From contig NC_068997.1 in the NCBI RefSeq assembly GCF_001194135.2, positions 37,487,044 to 37,551,043 of the forward strand: DNA of 64,000 bases. The letters run 5' to 3'. This document shows, one piece after another, positions 22,901 to 36,299 of this stretch (position 1 is its first letter; every line of letters begins with the position of its first letter). Under the pieces are notes generated by a model. The model ran no database searches and had not been told where the DNA came from. It worked only from the letters and a program-made list of their open reading frames with translations. Origin of the DNA: Octopus bimaculoides. Taxonomy: Eukaryota. A program made the translations under genes and the position numbers.

Positions 22901-25900
22901 ATATAAGCACATTAGAATTATAGTGAAAGATGTATAAGAAGTTGAGAATTTAAATTTTCCCATGTAGTTAATAGAAATAAAATAGTTGAGTAAGTCTTTG
23001 AAATCAGTGTCTTACTTTTAAAAATATTTTATATGATTTGCATTTTAGTTTATAAAAATAGTTTACCTATGGATATTTATTTTTAATTTTGAAATTGCTT
23101 TTTGATATTTATTTTGATTAATTGTATGGAAAAAATGCATTAAATATAAACTTCTTCAAATATTAAGAATTGAAAAGATTCCATATGTGGTTGAAACACA
23201 AGATTAATATTTGAAGATTTCTTTAATAATTTGTAGTTAAATAAGCAAATATTTTAACACTTGTGGAAATACTATTTTCTCAAGATATTCCTATCCTTAT
23301 CCCTACCTGTTGTCTAATTTTCATTGAGATATAATTTTTTTAATCTATATAGATATTCCTTGTTTAATATATCCTAAATTACTAATGAATCTACTTATTA
23401 CCAGCAATTAAATTGGAAACCCTTGTTGTAAAATTAGATACACCTGTCACTGAAAATTACTTTCAATATTGATTGAAAGGATTGTTTTTCATAGATTATA
23501 TAATTTGATTCATTTAGCATGACTTCTGAAATAATTTATTAATTTCATTTGTAAATATTTTGAACAGTATAAAATACTTTATTTTCCAGGCTCTTTCTAA
23601 TCAATGAATTATTTAAAAAAAAAGCATCAAATCATTCTCTGAGTTTCCAACTTTTTAGAAGTATATTAAAAAAATTATTATCATATAATTCTTTTAAAAG
23701 AGAAATTTTTAAAAACCCATCAATATTAATAATATTTTAATCCAGTGTTTTTCTTAAGAGTTTAATTTAATTAGAGAATTTTTATGGACTATATATTTTC
23801 ATTAACTGGATACTGGTAATATTTTACAATAGAATTCGCTTTTAATTATAACTTTCTATACTTAAACTTTATGTTAATGCAATTCGAACAGGTATTAGAA
23901 AATTATTTAATTGGAAAATCAAATTAAAATTTTGTATTTTGTTTTCTTTGATTCATACTTAATTGCAGTTTATTGCTTATATTTACAGTATGAAATATAT
24001 CTTATCTTTCCCTTATTTTTCAAATCTTCAAAATTGATATTTATAATTATATTTTTGTATCATCTACCTTTCTTGTATATCACATTGCTTACTAGTATAT
24101 ATTTATATATATATATATTCAATTATTAAGATGGAATAATTTAAAACGTTAATTAACATATTTATTGGTACCTGCTTTATATATCTATGCATCCCATATT
24201 ATGTGATTAGAATAGAATTTACTAACCATCAACTTACAGGTTTGTTCAGACATAATTGCCTTCTAACCCAGTTAATAGCTAGCATGATTTATGAAACCAG
24301 TTCATTATGTTCTCTTATAATTGAAATTTACATGAATTGTGAATTCATTAATTTTCCTCAGGTTTAAATATCTATTTTTATTTTACCCCCAGTAAGAATT
24401 AAATTGTCAAAGTTTATAATGTTAATATTATAAAACCAGATGATATAGAAACATAAGGAATTACAATAATTAAGTGGCTAAGTTATTTGCCTTTTTGTAT
24501 TTTTCTTCTTCAAGTCACTGATGCTGTGTTATGACATATTAGATATACTTTGCCCATTTATTTGATGACAGAGCAAGTATTAATATAAGGAATGTGATTC
24601 TGGAATACAGGAGAAGCATTTTTATCTTTATAACAATCTTAATTATGAAACAATAGGGAAAGTGCTTTCTATGCTAAGATATTTCATCTCTTTGTTTAAA
24701 GATAGAAAATGTCTATAGCATTTTCGAATCTTCCAATACTTGTAAATAGGCATTACTACCTGATGTTAATATAGTTAATTTTCAGATCAAATTCTTCCAA
24801 AAGTACTTTAGCAGAGAAAAATTGGTAAGAAAGGAGTCCCAATTAGATAAAATTTTGGTTATAAGTGGTTGGCCAAAGTGTTTAACCAGGCAAAATGATT
24901 AGATTAGTTAAGTGCTTAGGATTGGGAGTTAAAAAACATAGATGGAAGGTAAAAAAAAAAAAGAGATAGTTGAAACGAATATGTTTAGAGATGTGTGTTA
25001 GCAACAAAATAAAGAACAGAAATACTTTATGCAGTTTCTTGGAGATTATTGGTGAATAAGACTGGTCTTTTTGAGGATATAGCCCATAGTGTAAGTACTG
25101 TGAGCGCTCTGTTTCAGATTGTACCAATTGCTTGGTGCTGAGTTGTTCTCTTGCTCTTAAAGGTAATCCAATATTTTTTTATGCTTCTAATTATGAAATA
25201 AATTTGTTGCTACATGAAAAAGTCATTAAGGATTGTAGAGTCTTGCATTTGTAGGGTTTGTGTTGGTTTTAACTATGTGTTGTTTATGATCATAAAGGTG
25301 TGAACTACAGACAGGTTTTCTTGCTGAACTTAGTTTTTGTTTTTTCTGAAGGTTGAATGGCAAGTTTCAATTTCAGTATAGTTTAGTGGAAAATAAGTAT
25401 GTCTATCAAGAAGCATTGAACAAATGAGTAGATAAGAACTATAGACAGAGAAAACAAAGCAATGGGTATAATTGGAATAAGATTTTCGGAGCTTAGTGTG
25501 GTTCTTAATCATTAATTTACAGGTAACCCCCCACCCCCCCAAAAAAATAAAATAAAAAAACTAAGCTGTTAGATATGCCCCAGTTGATAGGTTCCATGAA
25601 CACATGTTAAAATAGCTTTTTGACAGGAGCTTTTAGTTTAGCTTATTAGGTACAAATGGTACCCAAAGGTTACAAATTTTATTTATGAAGTTAAGGATTC
25701 TGCTGATGTTGAAATAAAATTACTTTTGTTGAAGATTTTAAGGAGTGTAACGTAGAATTACTTGCTACTGACTAATTCCCACTCATATGAGTTTCCCTAA
25801 GAGCTAATACTTGTCATTTTGCTTTATACTAATTATATCTTTAATAAGCTGACAGCAGATGCTACTGTGTAAATAAGTTAGCCATGACATATAACTATGT

Positions 25901-26199
25901 GATTTGAAATATTAACAGTCAAGTTAAAATTATTTAGAAGCCAATACAATGTAAAATGGAAATAAAAGAATGAAAATAGAAATAATAAGGCAAATCAACA
26001 GTTTACACTTTATCTTATATTTTGATATTTGAAGGTTTAAAACTTTTGTCAAGAGAAAATTTTGGATGATGTTGAGCTGGCATCTTTCACTCAGATATAA
26101 GAGAGAGGACATGCAACATTCACAGACTAGTATTGTTGTCGTAGCCAGTATGTTTGTGTAGTTTATGTCAGTTGTTAATGAATAAATTTAATTTGGTAA

Positions 26200-26620
26200 T
26201 GAGGATGGCCATCTTGGTCCTCAAATTACTGAGGTTCTGCACTGTTGCTTTAATAGTAATTTCGAAGTCTTGGATAAAGCATTACTCCAGATTTATCTTA
26301 ATTGATGTGTTTATCTGCACATGTTCCTTGGTACAAATGTGCAGTTTTGGGCAGTACTCCCAATGTAGGAACCACTATATTTATTGCAGACTATTTTGTA
26401 GTCCCTGAAACACATATCCACATGCACAGCATGCATATATTGCTGTTGTATGTTGGACAATTTTCTGACAAAAATTTTATCAAGGAAGATTAGAGTGTAT
26501 CATCTATACATTTAATCCTTTTGTATGGATCATCATTCTTTTGTCGAGATATGGTAATCTCAGGAAGTATGTGCCAACTCTGGAAATGTGAGCCTGCTTT
26601 TGAAGTATATTGGCAGGTCA
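26200..26620 (-). mobile_element. Decayed Penelope-like GIY-YIG fragment
   Basis: YKIVCNKYSGSYIGSTAQN / LHICTKEHV across one frameshift. Confidence 0.5.
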
Positions 26621-27613
26621 GTATTTAGCAAAAGATGGCGAGTTGCCTTGTCTAAACTATACTACATTGTTAGTTGAATTAAACTCAAATTTGTTAGTAG
26701 GTACCCAACCGCTTTTACTGAGTCTTTTGGTGCTTAAACATCCAGCTACAAATAACTTGAAGTTTTTCCAGTGGACACTAAAAGAATTTTCTTACTAAAG
26801 ATATATGTACTATATCTCTATTCATTTCTGCCTCTTATACAAATAATTGCTGCATAACATTACATTCCTTATGAACTCAGACCAACCTAAGCTAAGGAAA
26901 AGTATATTTAAGTTAAAAGACTTTAAGCTTGCTCTTAAACATTTGCTTTGGTGCTTTTGATACTGTAGAAGTCAACAATTTTATTTCCATATATGTAGAA
27001 TTCATCATTTTTTCAAGACCAAAATTCCTTCTAAAATGTTCCTTAAATTATTAACATGATCAACATATTTGAAGGTGAAGAAAGATCATACATTATGCAG
27101 TAATGGTGATGGTGGTGGTGGTGGTTGTGGTGATGACAATGAGAGTAATCATGATAATGATAAAGATAATGATAGATAAAGTTTTGTTGGCTTAAGAAAA
27201 TTATTTTCTTTTATGACTGCACAGTTATCAGTCAGCGTATTTCCAATAAATAAAATATGTTAATGACTTTAATCCAGACTGAGAACTGCTGAAATAATTG
27301 AGTTATACATGAAACATAAATTAGAGTAAACAGAATAGACAGAAAAAATTAAAAAAACAAGCTCTTCTCTTCATGCTAAAGAATGTGTTATATACAAATT
27401 TTATTACATGGTGTGTTATGGGGATGTTAATACACAGTACAAAGACAACAGATTGAAGAAAAATATTTACATTAAATAAAGACAGACTAACAACATTCAT
27501 ATAACTAAATAGACCACTGGAAATGTGAAAAAGAAGATTTTTAGTACTATACATGTGTGTATGTGTGCATGTATATATTTGTGTGTATATGTATATATGT
27601 GTATGTGTGTGTT

Positions 27614-27657
<44 letters not shown>

Positions 27658-28035
27658 CACTCATAGATATGTAGGCATATATATATGCATTCAGCATAAG
27701 CACATAAAGCAATGAGAATCTTATTTATAACATGTACCCCCAACTTTGAATGTGATTGCCAGAATTATGTCTTAGGGAAAAAAATTTCTCCATTTTGACT
27801 TTTACAAAATCTAAGTCAGTTTTCTAGTGCTGCCCCTGTACTTCCTGACACAGTATTTCAACATGAGTTTTGCTTCCTCAGTGATAGGTACTACATTGGT
27901 CATTTGGAGATGAGCAGGAATTTCTGTTCCTATATAGAAAACTGCAAGCAAAACATTGGTTTAGTATGTTCTGAAGCTTCCCAAGCTAGAGTTAACTCAT
28001 TATAAACAAATGAAGCAGCAAGGATCAAAATAATA

Positions 28036-28249
28036 TACTCTTTACTCTTTTACTCTTTTACTTGTTTCAGTCATTTGACTGCGGCCATGCTGGAGCACCA
28101 CCTTTAGTTGAGCAAATCGACCCCAGGACTTATTCTTTTTTGGAAGCCTAGTACTTATTCTATCGAACCGCTAAGTTACGGGGACATAAACACACCACCA
28201 TCGGTTGTCAAGCAATGTTGGAGGGACAAACACAGACACACAAACATAT

Positions 28250-28332
<83 letters not shown>

Positions 28333-28495
28333 TACGACGGGCTTCTTTCAGTTTCCGTCTACCAAATCCACTCACAAGGCTTTGGTTGGCCCGGGGCTAT
28401 AGTAGAAGACACTTGCCCAAGGTGCCACGCAGTGGGGATGAACCTGGAACCATGTGGTTGGTAAGCTAGCTACCTACCACACAGCCACTCCTGTA
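28036..28495 (-). mobile_element. Full-length CORE-type composite SINE (SINE-B) with internal (TA)n and (AAAGAGT)n tail
   Basis: tRNA-like head (ggctgtgtggtaggtagc...ggttca), CORE-like ggcaccttgggcaagtgtcttctactatagcc, internal (TA)n, 3' body, tandem tail; many other copies in the window. Confidence 0.85.
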
Positions 28496-28851
28496 CATTT
28501 ATTTTTAACATTCCTACACACTTCAATGATTTTTGCTGTTTGTGTGCTTATACTGAATGAATTGCAGCTTGATTAGCTTCAAGACACACCAGCATATGTT
28601 TTTTTTGCTTGTTTCTATATAGAAACAAAAATGCTTCTCCCATTTCAAATGATCAAGGTGGTATATATCACTGAAGAGATGAAACCATGCCGAAACAAAG
28701 TGATCTGCAGACATCACTTGAAGGTTATAAAGGTTATAAAGAGGAAATTTTTTTCTTCTAGACAAAATCCTGCAATGAATGCTATTTACATTCAGTTGTG
28801 CAGGAATGTGTTAAAAAGAAATAAATGTATGCATCATTATATATATTTACT

Positions 28852-29205
28852 TGGACACATGGTTCTGGATTCAGTCTCACTGCATGACATCATGGGAAAG
28901 TGTCTTCTTCTATAGCCCTGGGTCAACCAAAACTTTGTGAGTGGATTTGATAGACAGAAACTGAAGGAAACCCACTGTATAAATCTGTATACATATCTAT
29001 GCATGTGTATCTTTGTGCTTGTCTCCGATGACCATTTGACAACTGATATTGGTTTGTTTATATCTCATAACTTAGCAGCTCAATAAAATGACACTGTTAG
29101 AATTAGTTCCAGACTAGAAAAATATAAGTACTGGAGTTGATTTGTTCAATCAAACCCTTCAAGTGCCCCAGCTTGGCCACAGTCCAATGACTGAAGCAAG
29201 TATAA
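28852..29205 (+). mobile_element. SINE-B copy, inverted relative to 28036-28495
   Basis: Same module order on the + strand, more diverged. Confidence 0.75.
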
Positions 29206-29280
29206 GCTTAATATATATGTGTGTGTGTGCTTGTGTGAGTGTTTATGTAAAACTACTATGTATGTATATATATTTATATA

Positions 29281-30040
29281 TATTGGGTCATCCCATAAAT
29301 AATGCAGTCTTTTTTTATACTTCTATTTTTCAAAATTGATAAACAAAGTTCTTTTTTAATCTAAAATATACTCTCCATCATTTTCTACAATGCTCTTACA
29401 TCTATCTGGTAGATTTGCAAGGCCCTTCTTCCAAAATTCACTTGTCCGTAATGAAAAATACTCCTCCAGTACTTTTCTGACCTCATCTATGGAATTCATA
29501 TTTTCCCAGCCAAATGATTTTGAAAACTGCAGAATAAATGATAATCAGATGGGGCAATGTCTGGTGAATATGGTGGGTGGGGCATCCTGATGGAAGAACA
29601 CCTTTCGTCTTGAAACCAAAGATGGTCGTTTTTCTTCTAGCACTGACTTAACCCTTTTGATACCAACCCACCTGAAACTGCCTCTGGCTCTGTAGTACAA
29701 ATGTCTTGTTTTCAAAAGTTCCAAATTAAAATCTTCCATCAAACCTTAGTCACAATTTATGTTCCTAACACTAGCTTAATGATAGCAAAGTTATTTTACT
29801 AAATTCTTTGTTATATCTAAAATTAAGTGAAAGAAACACAGAGCATCTTAACCACAATAGATCTCTTTTGCTATGGTTTGGTTTGGGTTTAAAAGTTCAA
29901 AGTGGACTAAACCATCCATATCCCACCAAACAGATAACAACACTTTACATGGGTGAAGACCTTCTTTAACCTGATGTTTCTCCTTTCTCTGCCCACTGTC
30001 TTCAGCACTTGACATTTTTATAGAGAAACTGGAAAAATGG
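29281..30040 (-). mobile_element. Mariner 3' half with right TIR
   Basis: TA + ttgggtcatcccataaataatgc TIR-like end; VWWDMDGLVHFELLNPNQTI, LEEKRPSLVSRRKVFFHQDA, LPDRCKSIVENDGEYILD. Confidence 0.85.
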
Positions 30041-30044
30041 AAAC

Positions 30045-30325
30045 TGAAAGAAGTTGGAAACTGAAAGAAGCCCATCATATTTATATATATATATGTATAT
30101 ATCTACATGTGTATATCTTTGTGTCTTGTCTATCCCCACTGCCACCGCTTGACAACTGGTCATGGTGTGTTTACATCTATGTAACTTAGGAGTGTGGCAA
30201 GAGACTGATAGAATAAATACCAGACCTAAAAAATAAGTCCTAGGGTTGATTTGTTTGACTAAAATCCTTCAAGGTGGTTCCCCAGCATGGCCACAGTTAT
30301 GACTGAAACAAATAAAAGATAAAAG
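30045..30325 (+). mobile_element. SINE-B 3' two-thirds
   Basis: ggaaactgaaagaagccc...cttgacaac...ccagcatggccacag...gaaacaaataaaagataaaagata. Confidence 0.7.
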
Positions 30326-30356
30326 ATATATATATGTGTATATGCATATGTATATG

Positions 30357-30433
<77 letters not shown>

Positions 30434-31818
30434 GTATGTGTATGTGTGTGTGCATTTGTGTGCAATATTGCATAGTAGCAGAATGTGAGCATTGAATCTG
30501 AAAAATATGCATAACTGGAAAGAAATGAGATGTGCATGATTTAGTGACTGTATAATGTTAGTACACATATATGACTCAGCATTAATGAGCCGAGAGAGAA
30601 ACTGGATGTTTGGGAAATCAGATATAATATGTAAGAGGTTAAAAATGAGTTGGTATCCACATATGATGTGTATGGAAGTTGACGGATAAAAATGTGTGGA
30701 ATGAGACAAGTGAAAGGATCCTGTTGAAGAAAATAGTTGAGGAACACATGAAAGCAAATGCAAGTTGATCTCAGGATGCTGAACCTCACAAAGATGGCAA
30801 AATATTGCTCAGGCAGTAAGACAGCAACAAAACACTGTAGTGAAGACTTGTCCTATCCTTGTGAAAAAAGAAAACAGAAGTAAAATGATGGTGATGGTGA
30901 TGGTGTTGATAATGATGATTTTGTGGTGGTAGTGGTGGTGTTAGTGTGTGTGTGTTTAAAAACATATTCCAAGAACTGATGGGGGTATGCATTGTTAAAA
31001 ATTATATGTACAAGTATAGTGTGTAGTAACATGCATGTGCACCTGTGTGACTAATAATGAGTGAGGGAGAGACAGTAGATTTTGCAGCAATAGCTGACAG
31101 ACAATTTATCAGAATGCATTACCAGAGCTATTTATCTTGTTTTGCAGCTCATCTGCTTTTTGCATAATAATTTCTACTGTTTCACAGCTTAAAAAGTAAT
31201 CCTTTTCAAAGCTTTGTACAGTGCAACAGCTTAAACAATGTAAAAAATAGCAAAGTTTTTTTTTATATCAATGCCAACATATATAAAAAACTTAGGAATG
31301 ATAATGTTTTTCCTCATCACTCTAAATTAAATATTCATTTATTCATAGGTTTAATAGATTTAAATTTTTTATGCATTAATTAGATACCTTCCCTCTAGAG
31401 TATTGATTTTATTATGGGAATTATGATTATGTATAATGATATGTATATGGTTACAATCTATGTATTTGATTTTGCATGGGCTTCATAATCTTCATTAAAA
31501 TATTATTCAGGCATGTGCAATATAGTCATATCTAGGTATGACTGTATTGTGTGTATGTACACATGTTTATATGTACGTGTATAGATGTAGTTTTGAATCT
31601 TTATCAATATGTAAGAGCGTGTAGGTGTCTATATTTCCATTAGATATATGTATGTATATACATGTATATATGAACATACATACATACATACATACATACA
31701 CACATACATACATAATGTATATATCCTCTCTAGTGGTATATATGAATATCTGAGTATTTACACATTGGACACTAGTGGTTTCCTTTTCTGATATCATTAT
31801 GAATTTTTTTTTTTTTGT

Positions 31819-32030
31819 AAGGTGACAAGCTGGTAGCATTGTTAGTGTGTCAAATAAAATACTTAGCAGCATTCCTTACAGTCTGAGCTCAAATCTCACT
31901 GATGTCAACTTTACCTTTTTTCCTTTCAGGATCAATAAAATAAAGTACCAGTCAAGTACTGGCATCAATGTAGTCAACTTATTTTTCCCCTTAAATTACT
32001 AGCCTTGTGCCAAAATTTTAAACATTAATA
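31819..32030 (+). mobile_element. tRNA-derived SINE-A copy
   Basis: aaggtgacaagctggtagcattgttag...ctgagctcaaat...gtcaactttacc...aaataaagtaccagtc. Confidence 0.7.
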
Positions 32031-32196
32031 ACACTTTTTTATGTAAAACTCCAAGGAACAAACTATTAACAAATAGCTATATATTAAATTAATCTCTTTG
32101 TTTTATACATAAGTAAAATTTCTCATGAATACTATTCTAAATGTTTTTATCAATTAAGACCAAGCCAGTTATTCATATATTTTACTTATTTTTTAG

Positions 32197-32229
32197 AAAG
32201 GAGATAATATCAAGAAATTCAGAGAAGAA
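32197..32229 (+). CDS. PCBP3: PCBP micro-exon (33 nt, phase 0/0), KGDNIKKFREE, KH1
   Basis: ttttttag|AAAGGAGATAATATCAAGAAATTCAGAGAAGAA|gtgagt; corresponds to vertebrate KGESVKKMREE. Confidence 0.92.
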
Positions 32230-32822
32230 GTGAGTATGGATATTTGTTTCACACTTTCTTTTTATGATATTTAAATATTATGCTTTAATTCTCTAAAAAT
32301 ATTTTAGTCATTTATTTCTAACCTTTTAGCCTTATTTTTTAAAAATTAAATTATATTTTAAAATCAAATTAAATGAATATTTTCTAACTTGTGATTTGTT
32401 CATTTATGAAATTAATTTTTAAAAACTTTTTAAATATTTTCTACTGGTGCAGTTGTAATTTTTTGGTAAAATGAGTTTGCAATCTAGTTTTATTCTTTAT
32501 TGGATCTATGTTACATTATAACTTTCTATATTCTTTCCGTTATAAATATGCTGCTTTGTAGGAATAATGGTTCCATTACACACAGAAACAAGGGTCTTCT
32601 GGTGTCAAAACATTAATGTAGTTAAATTAAGACAAAGAAACAGCAAATGTTTTTTGTTCAATTTCTGATGCATATAACTTTGCCTTTCATCTGTCCATTA
32701 TGAGATAAAGTTGGATATTGACATAAATATTAAAAGTCCTTTACTGTATATTCATCAAGATCTATTTTTTTCGTTGATGCTTTTAAATAGTTTTCAAATG
32801 CATGTTTTTTTGTTTATTACAG

Positions 32823-32939
32823 AGTGGAGCTAAAATTAACATATCAGATGGCTCTTGCCCAGAACGAATAGTAACAATTACAGGTTCTTTAGAGAGCATT
32901 AACAGAGCCTTTACAATGATTTGTAAAAAATTTGAAGAG
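32823..32939 (+). CDS. PCBP3: PCBP exon (117 nt), C-terminal half of KH1
   Basis: ttattacag|AGTGGAGCT...GAAGAG|gtttgt; SGAKINISDGSCPERIVTITGSLESINRAFTMICKKFEE. Confidence 0.95.
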
Positions 32940-33195
32940 GTTTGTTCTAATAACATTTTAAACTTCTCGTAAATATTCATTTATATTTTGAAGCAGTTTT
33001 ATGAGTTTCTAAATTGGCATAAAGATTTTAAAGATTTTTTTAATAATCTTTTGATAAATATTTTGTTATAGCTATGTTATTTTAATGAATAATTTAATTT
33101 CTTTACTTTTTAAATTGATACCAATTTTAATTTTTATTTTTATTAAAGATATAACTTAATTTAAAATCTTTCTACATTTTCCTAATTGCTATTAG

Positions 33196-33375
<180 letters not shown>

Positions 33376-34304
33376 TAGTTTGGTTAGTGTGTAGTAGTAT
33401 TGAAATTAACATGAAAATTAAATTGATGCTCAAGTCTATAAATGCCACAAATTTCATACTGTTAATGGTCAATTTTCACCAAGCAGTAAATGTTTACAAT
33501 TGTACCAATTATTGGCTATTAAGGTAAAAGAATGACAGAAGCAGTAGAATATTGAACTCAATGCTTTTCTGTATTTGGTGTTTTTCATTTACTACATTCT
33601 AAATTTAAACTCAACTGGAGTTGGATAAAATCAATAAAATAAATTTAAGTCAAATTAGTCAACTCTTTACATATGTATGGGCTTTTCAGAATCTAAGAAA
33701 TTCAAATTTGTGGTAATTATAACATTAATATTAACAAAACTCAAGCAAATTTAATTTACTATCAATATTTGGGATTTTGTTAAATTTCTTCCAACAACTT
33801 TTTCCAACAATTTAAAAAAATTTCCCCAGATTATTTTCAAACAAATGTTGTTCTGATATAGTTTTACATGCTGATGATGAAAATCACATTCATTTTTCTT
33901 CTAGAAATTAACAATAAAGAAGTTACAGGTATTTAAAGTTATGTAATTTTAGCCAATCAAAAGCCTCCATTGCCAATATTTTGGATATCGCAACTATCTG
34001 TTGCCATGGAAATGAGCATAAACAAGGATAAGACAATGACAATGAAACCTTTAGGTGGTCTCTCAACCTGCTAGAAATAGTAGCAAAATCTTTCTTAAAT
34101 TACAGTATAACATCTAAAAAACAAACGAAAACGATGGCACATTATATAATGTAGTTGTTCTATTAAAGTGCAAAGTGCACTGGGAAGACTTTTTTGAGAG
34201 GACCAATGTCTCTCTCTTCACTAATTCTCATCCATGCTTGCATCATGTATGTATGTACACCTTTTCCTACCAAACCTGTTATATAAACAGAGGATGTAAA
34301 TTTG

Positions 34305-34600
34305 ATCATCATCATCATCATTATCATCATCCTTTAACGTCTGTTTTTCATGCTGGCATGGGTTGGACTGTTTGACCAGAGCTGGCAAGCCAGAGAGCTG
34401 CACCAAATTCCCGTCTAATTTGGCTTGGTTTTTTTCAGCAGGATGCCCTTCCTAATGTCAATCACTTTACAGTGTGCTATGTGCTTTTAATGTGACACTG
34501 GCATGAGCACTTTTATGTGGCACCAACATGAGTGCATTCTATGTGTCACCAGCATGGGATTATTACAGGTCAATCCTCTTCACCAGGAGGAGTGGTCTTA
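34305..34600 (-). mobile_element. RTE-tail SINE-like repeat (SINE-C) ending in (GAT)n
   Basis: catcatcatcctttaacgtctgtttttcatgctggcatgggttggac...ggatgcccttcctaatg; related copies at ~5985, 52545, 54540 and 58966. Confidence 0.65.
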
Positions 34601-35085
34601 AGACTTCAGCTGTGGAGATGGGGCTTCTTCCTTTATTCCTTTACTTTTCTGTATAACTTGAAACAATAGACACACTTCTATTTCTTTTATACTTCATAAG
34701 TTATATGCTCCTCTCATTATCTCATAATCTTTCACATTTTACTTGTGTGTTTTTCATTGAATATATACATACGTATATATATGGGTTTGGCTACTCTACA
34801 TTGATAAGGGGCAACTACCCTGAAACTAGTCTGTAGATGCCAAACCAGCAAGGGGAAGCTGCTGACCTCCCCTGTTCGAAGGTTATAATGGACACAGGTT
34901 CGTGTGTCACACAGCTAGCTAGAGGCGATGGCCTCTTGGAGCTAATCAATGGCAGCATTCGTCCTATTTTCCTGGACTGCCATGTTAGCTTGGCGATAAC
35001 TATTAGTATCCACCAGTACTTCTGCCATAGTCTCTTTTAGAGAGATTTTGAAATATTAATATCTATATATCTATATCTATATCTA

Positions 35086-35159
<74 letters not shown>

Positions 35160-35697
35160 TACACATACACACAAGTGTGTATATGTATATATATATATGT
35201 ATAGGTGCAGGTGTGGTTGTGTGGTAAGAACTATTAATTTTATGTATATACATTAGCAAATCACTAAATCATTCATTAATTTGGATGATGTAAACATATA
35301 TACTAATAGTGAAACAAGCTGAAGAAAGCTGAAATCGAGCAGGCTTATCTGATGAGGCAACAGAAATTGCTGAAACTGACATCAGTATTAAGAATTCTCA
35401 GTTGGCATTTTTTGGACAATTCAGGTCCCTGCTAGTGTATATGTTTTTATTCATGTGTGTTAATTACAGCATTAGAGCCTTCTAGCTCATACTTCTAGCA
35501 ATGTAGGTGTTTCTTAATGCCCTAGTCACATTTAGTGACAATTATAATTCTCCTTTTTAGTAAAACATTGCAACCTGCTGTTTATATTAATTGTATATAT
35601 ATATATATATATAAAACTATATAACAATATTTATGACTTGCAAGTAATTTAATTTGTGAGTTAGAACAAAGACTTTTGCATTGTAGTAGAGTCATTG

Positions 35698-35766
35698 TAG
35701 CCATTATAACATAGCCATTATAACATAGCCATTATAACATAGCCATTATAACATAGCCATGGCTAT
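35698..35766. repeat. 14-bp minisatellite (TAGCCATTATAACA)x4 ending in the palindrome ATAGCCATGGCTAT
   Basis: Read directly from the sequence. Confidence 0.9.
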
Positions 35767-35811
35767 ATTCAGTTTTACTTTTATAAAATCTACACATTTC
35801 ATCTGACTTTA

Positions 35812-35962
35812 CATTCTGAGTTCAAATTTCACCAAGGTCGACTTTGCCTTTCATTCTTTTGGGGTCGATAAATTAAGTACCAGTTGTGTACTGGGTCGAT
35901 CTAATTGACTGGCCCCTTCCCCCAAAATTTCAGGCATTGTGCCTAGAGTAGGAAAGAATAAA
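35812..35962 (+). mobile_element. 5'-truncated SINE-A
   Basis: ctgagttcaaattt..gtcgactttgcctttcattcttttggggtcgataaattaagtaccag. Confidence 0.8.
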
Positions 35963-36152
35963 GTCTATAAATTTTTTTTTTATTGTTTTAAAGACTATAT
36001 CTCACTGAGTATTTTCATTTGCCATAATATAATTTTTTGAAATATATATTTTTTGACATCAGTACAAACTTTTGATTTTTATCAATATTTTCTCTCTGAA
36101 TATTTTAAAAATATAACTTGAAAATTTTTTCCTTAATCTTATTCATTAATAG

Positions 36153-36299
<147 letters not shown>

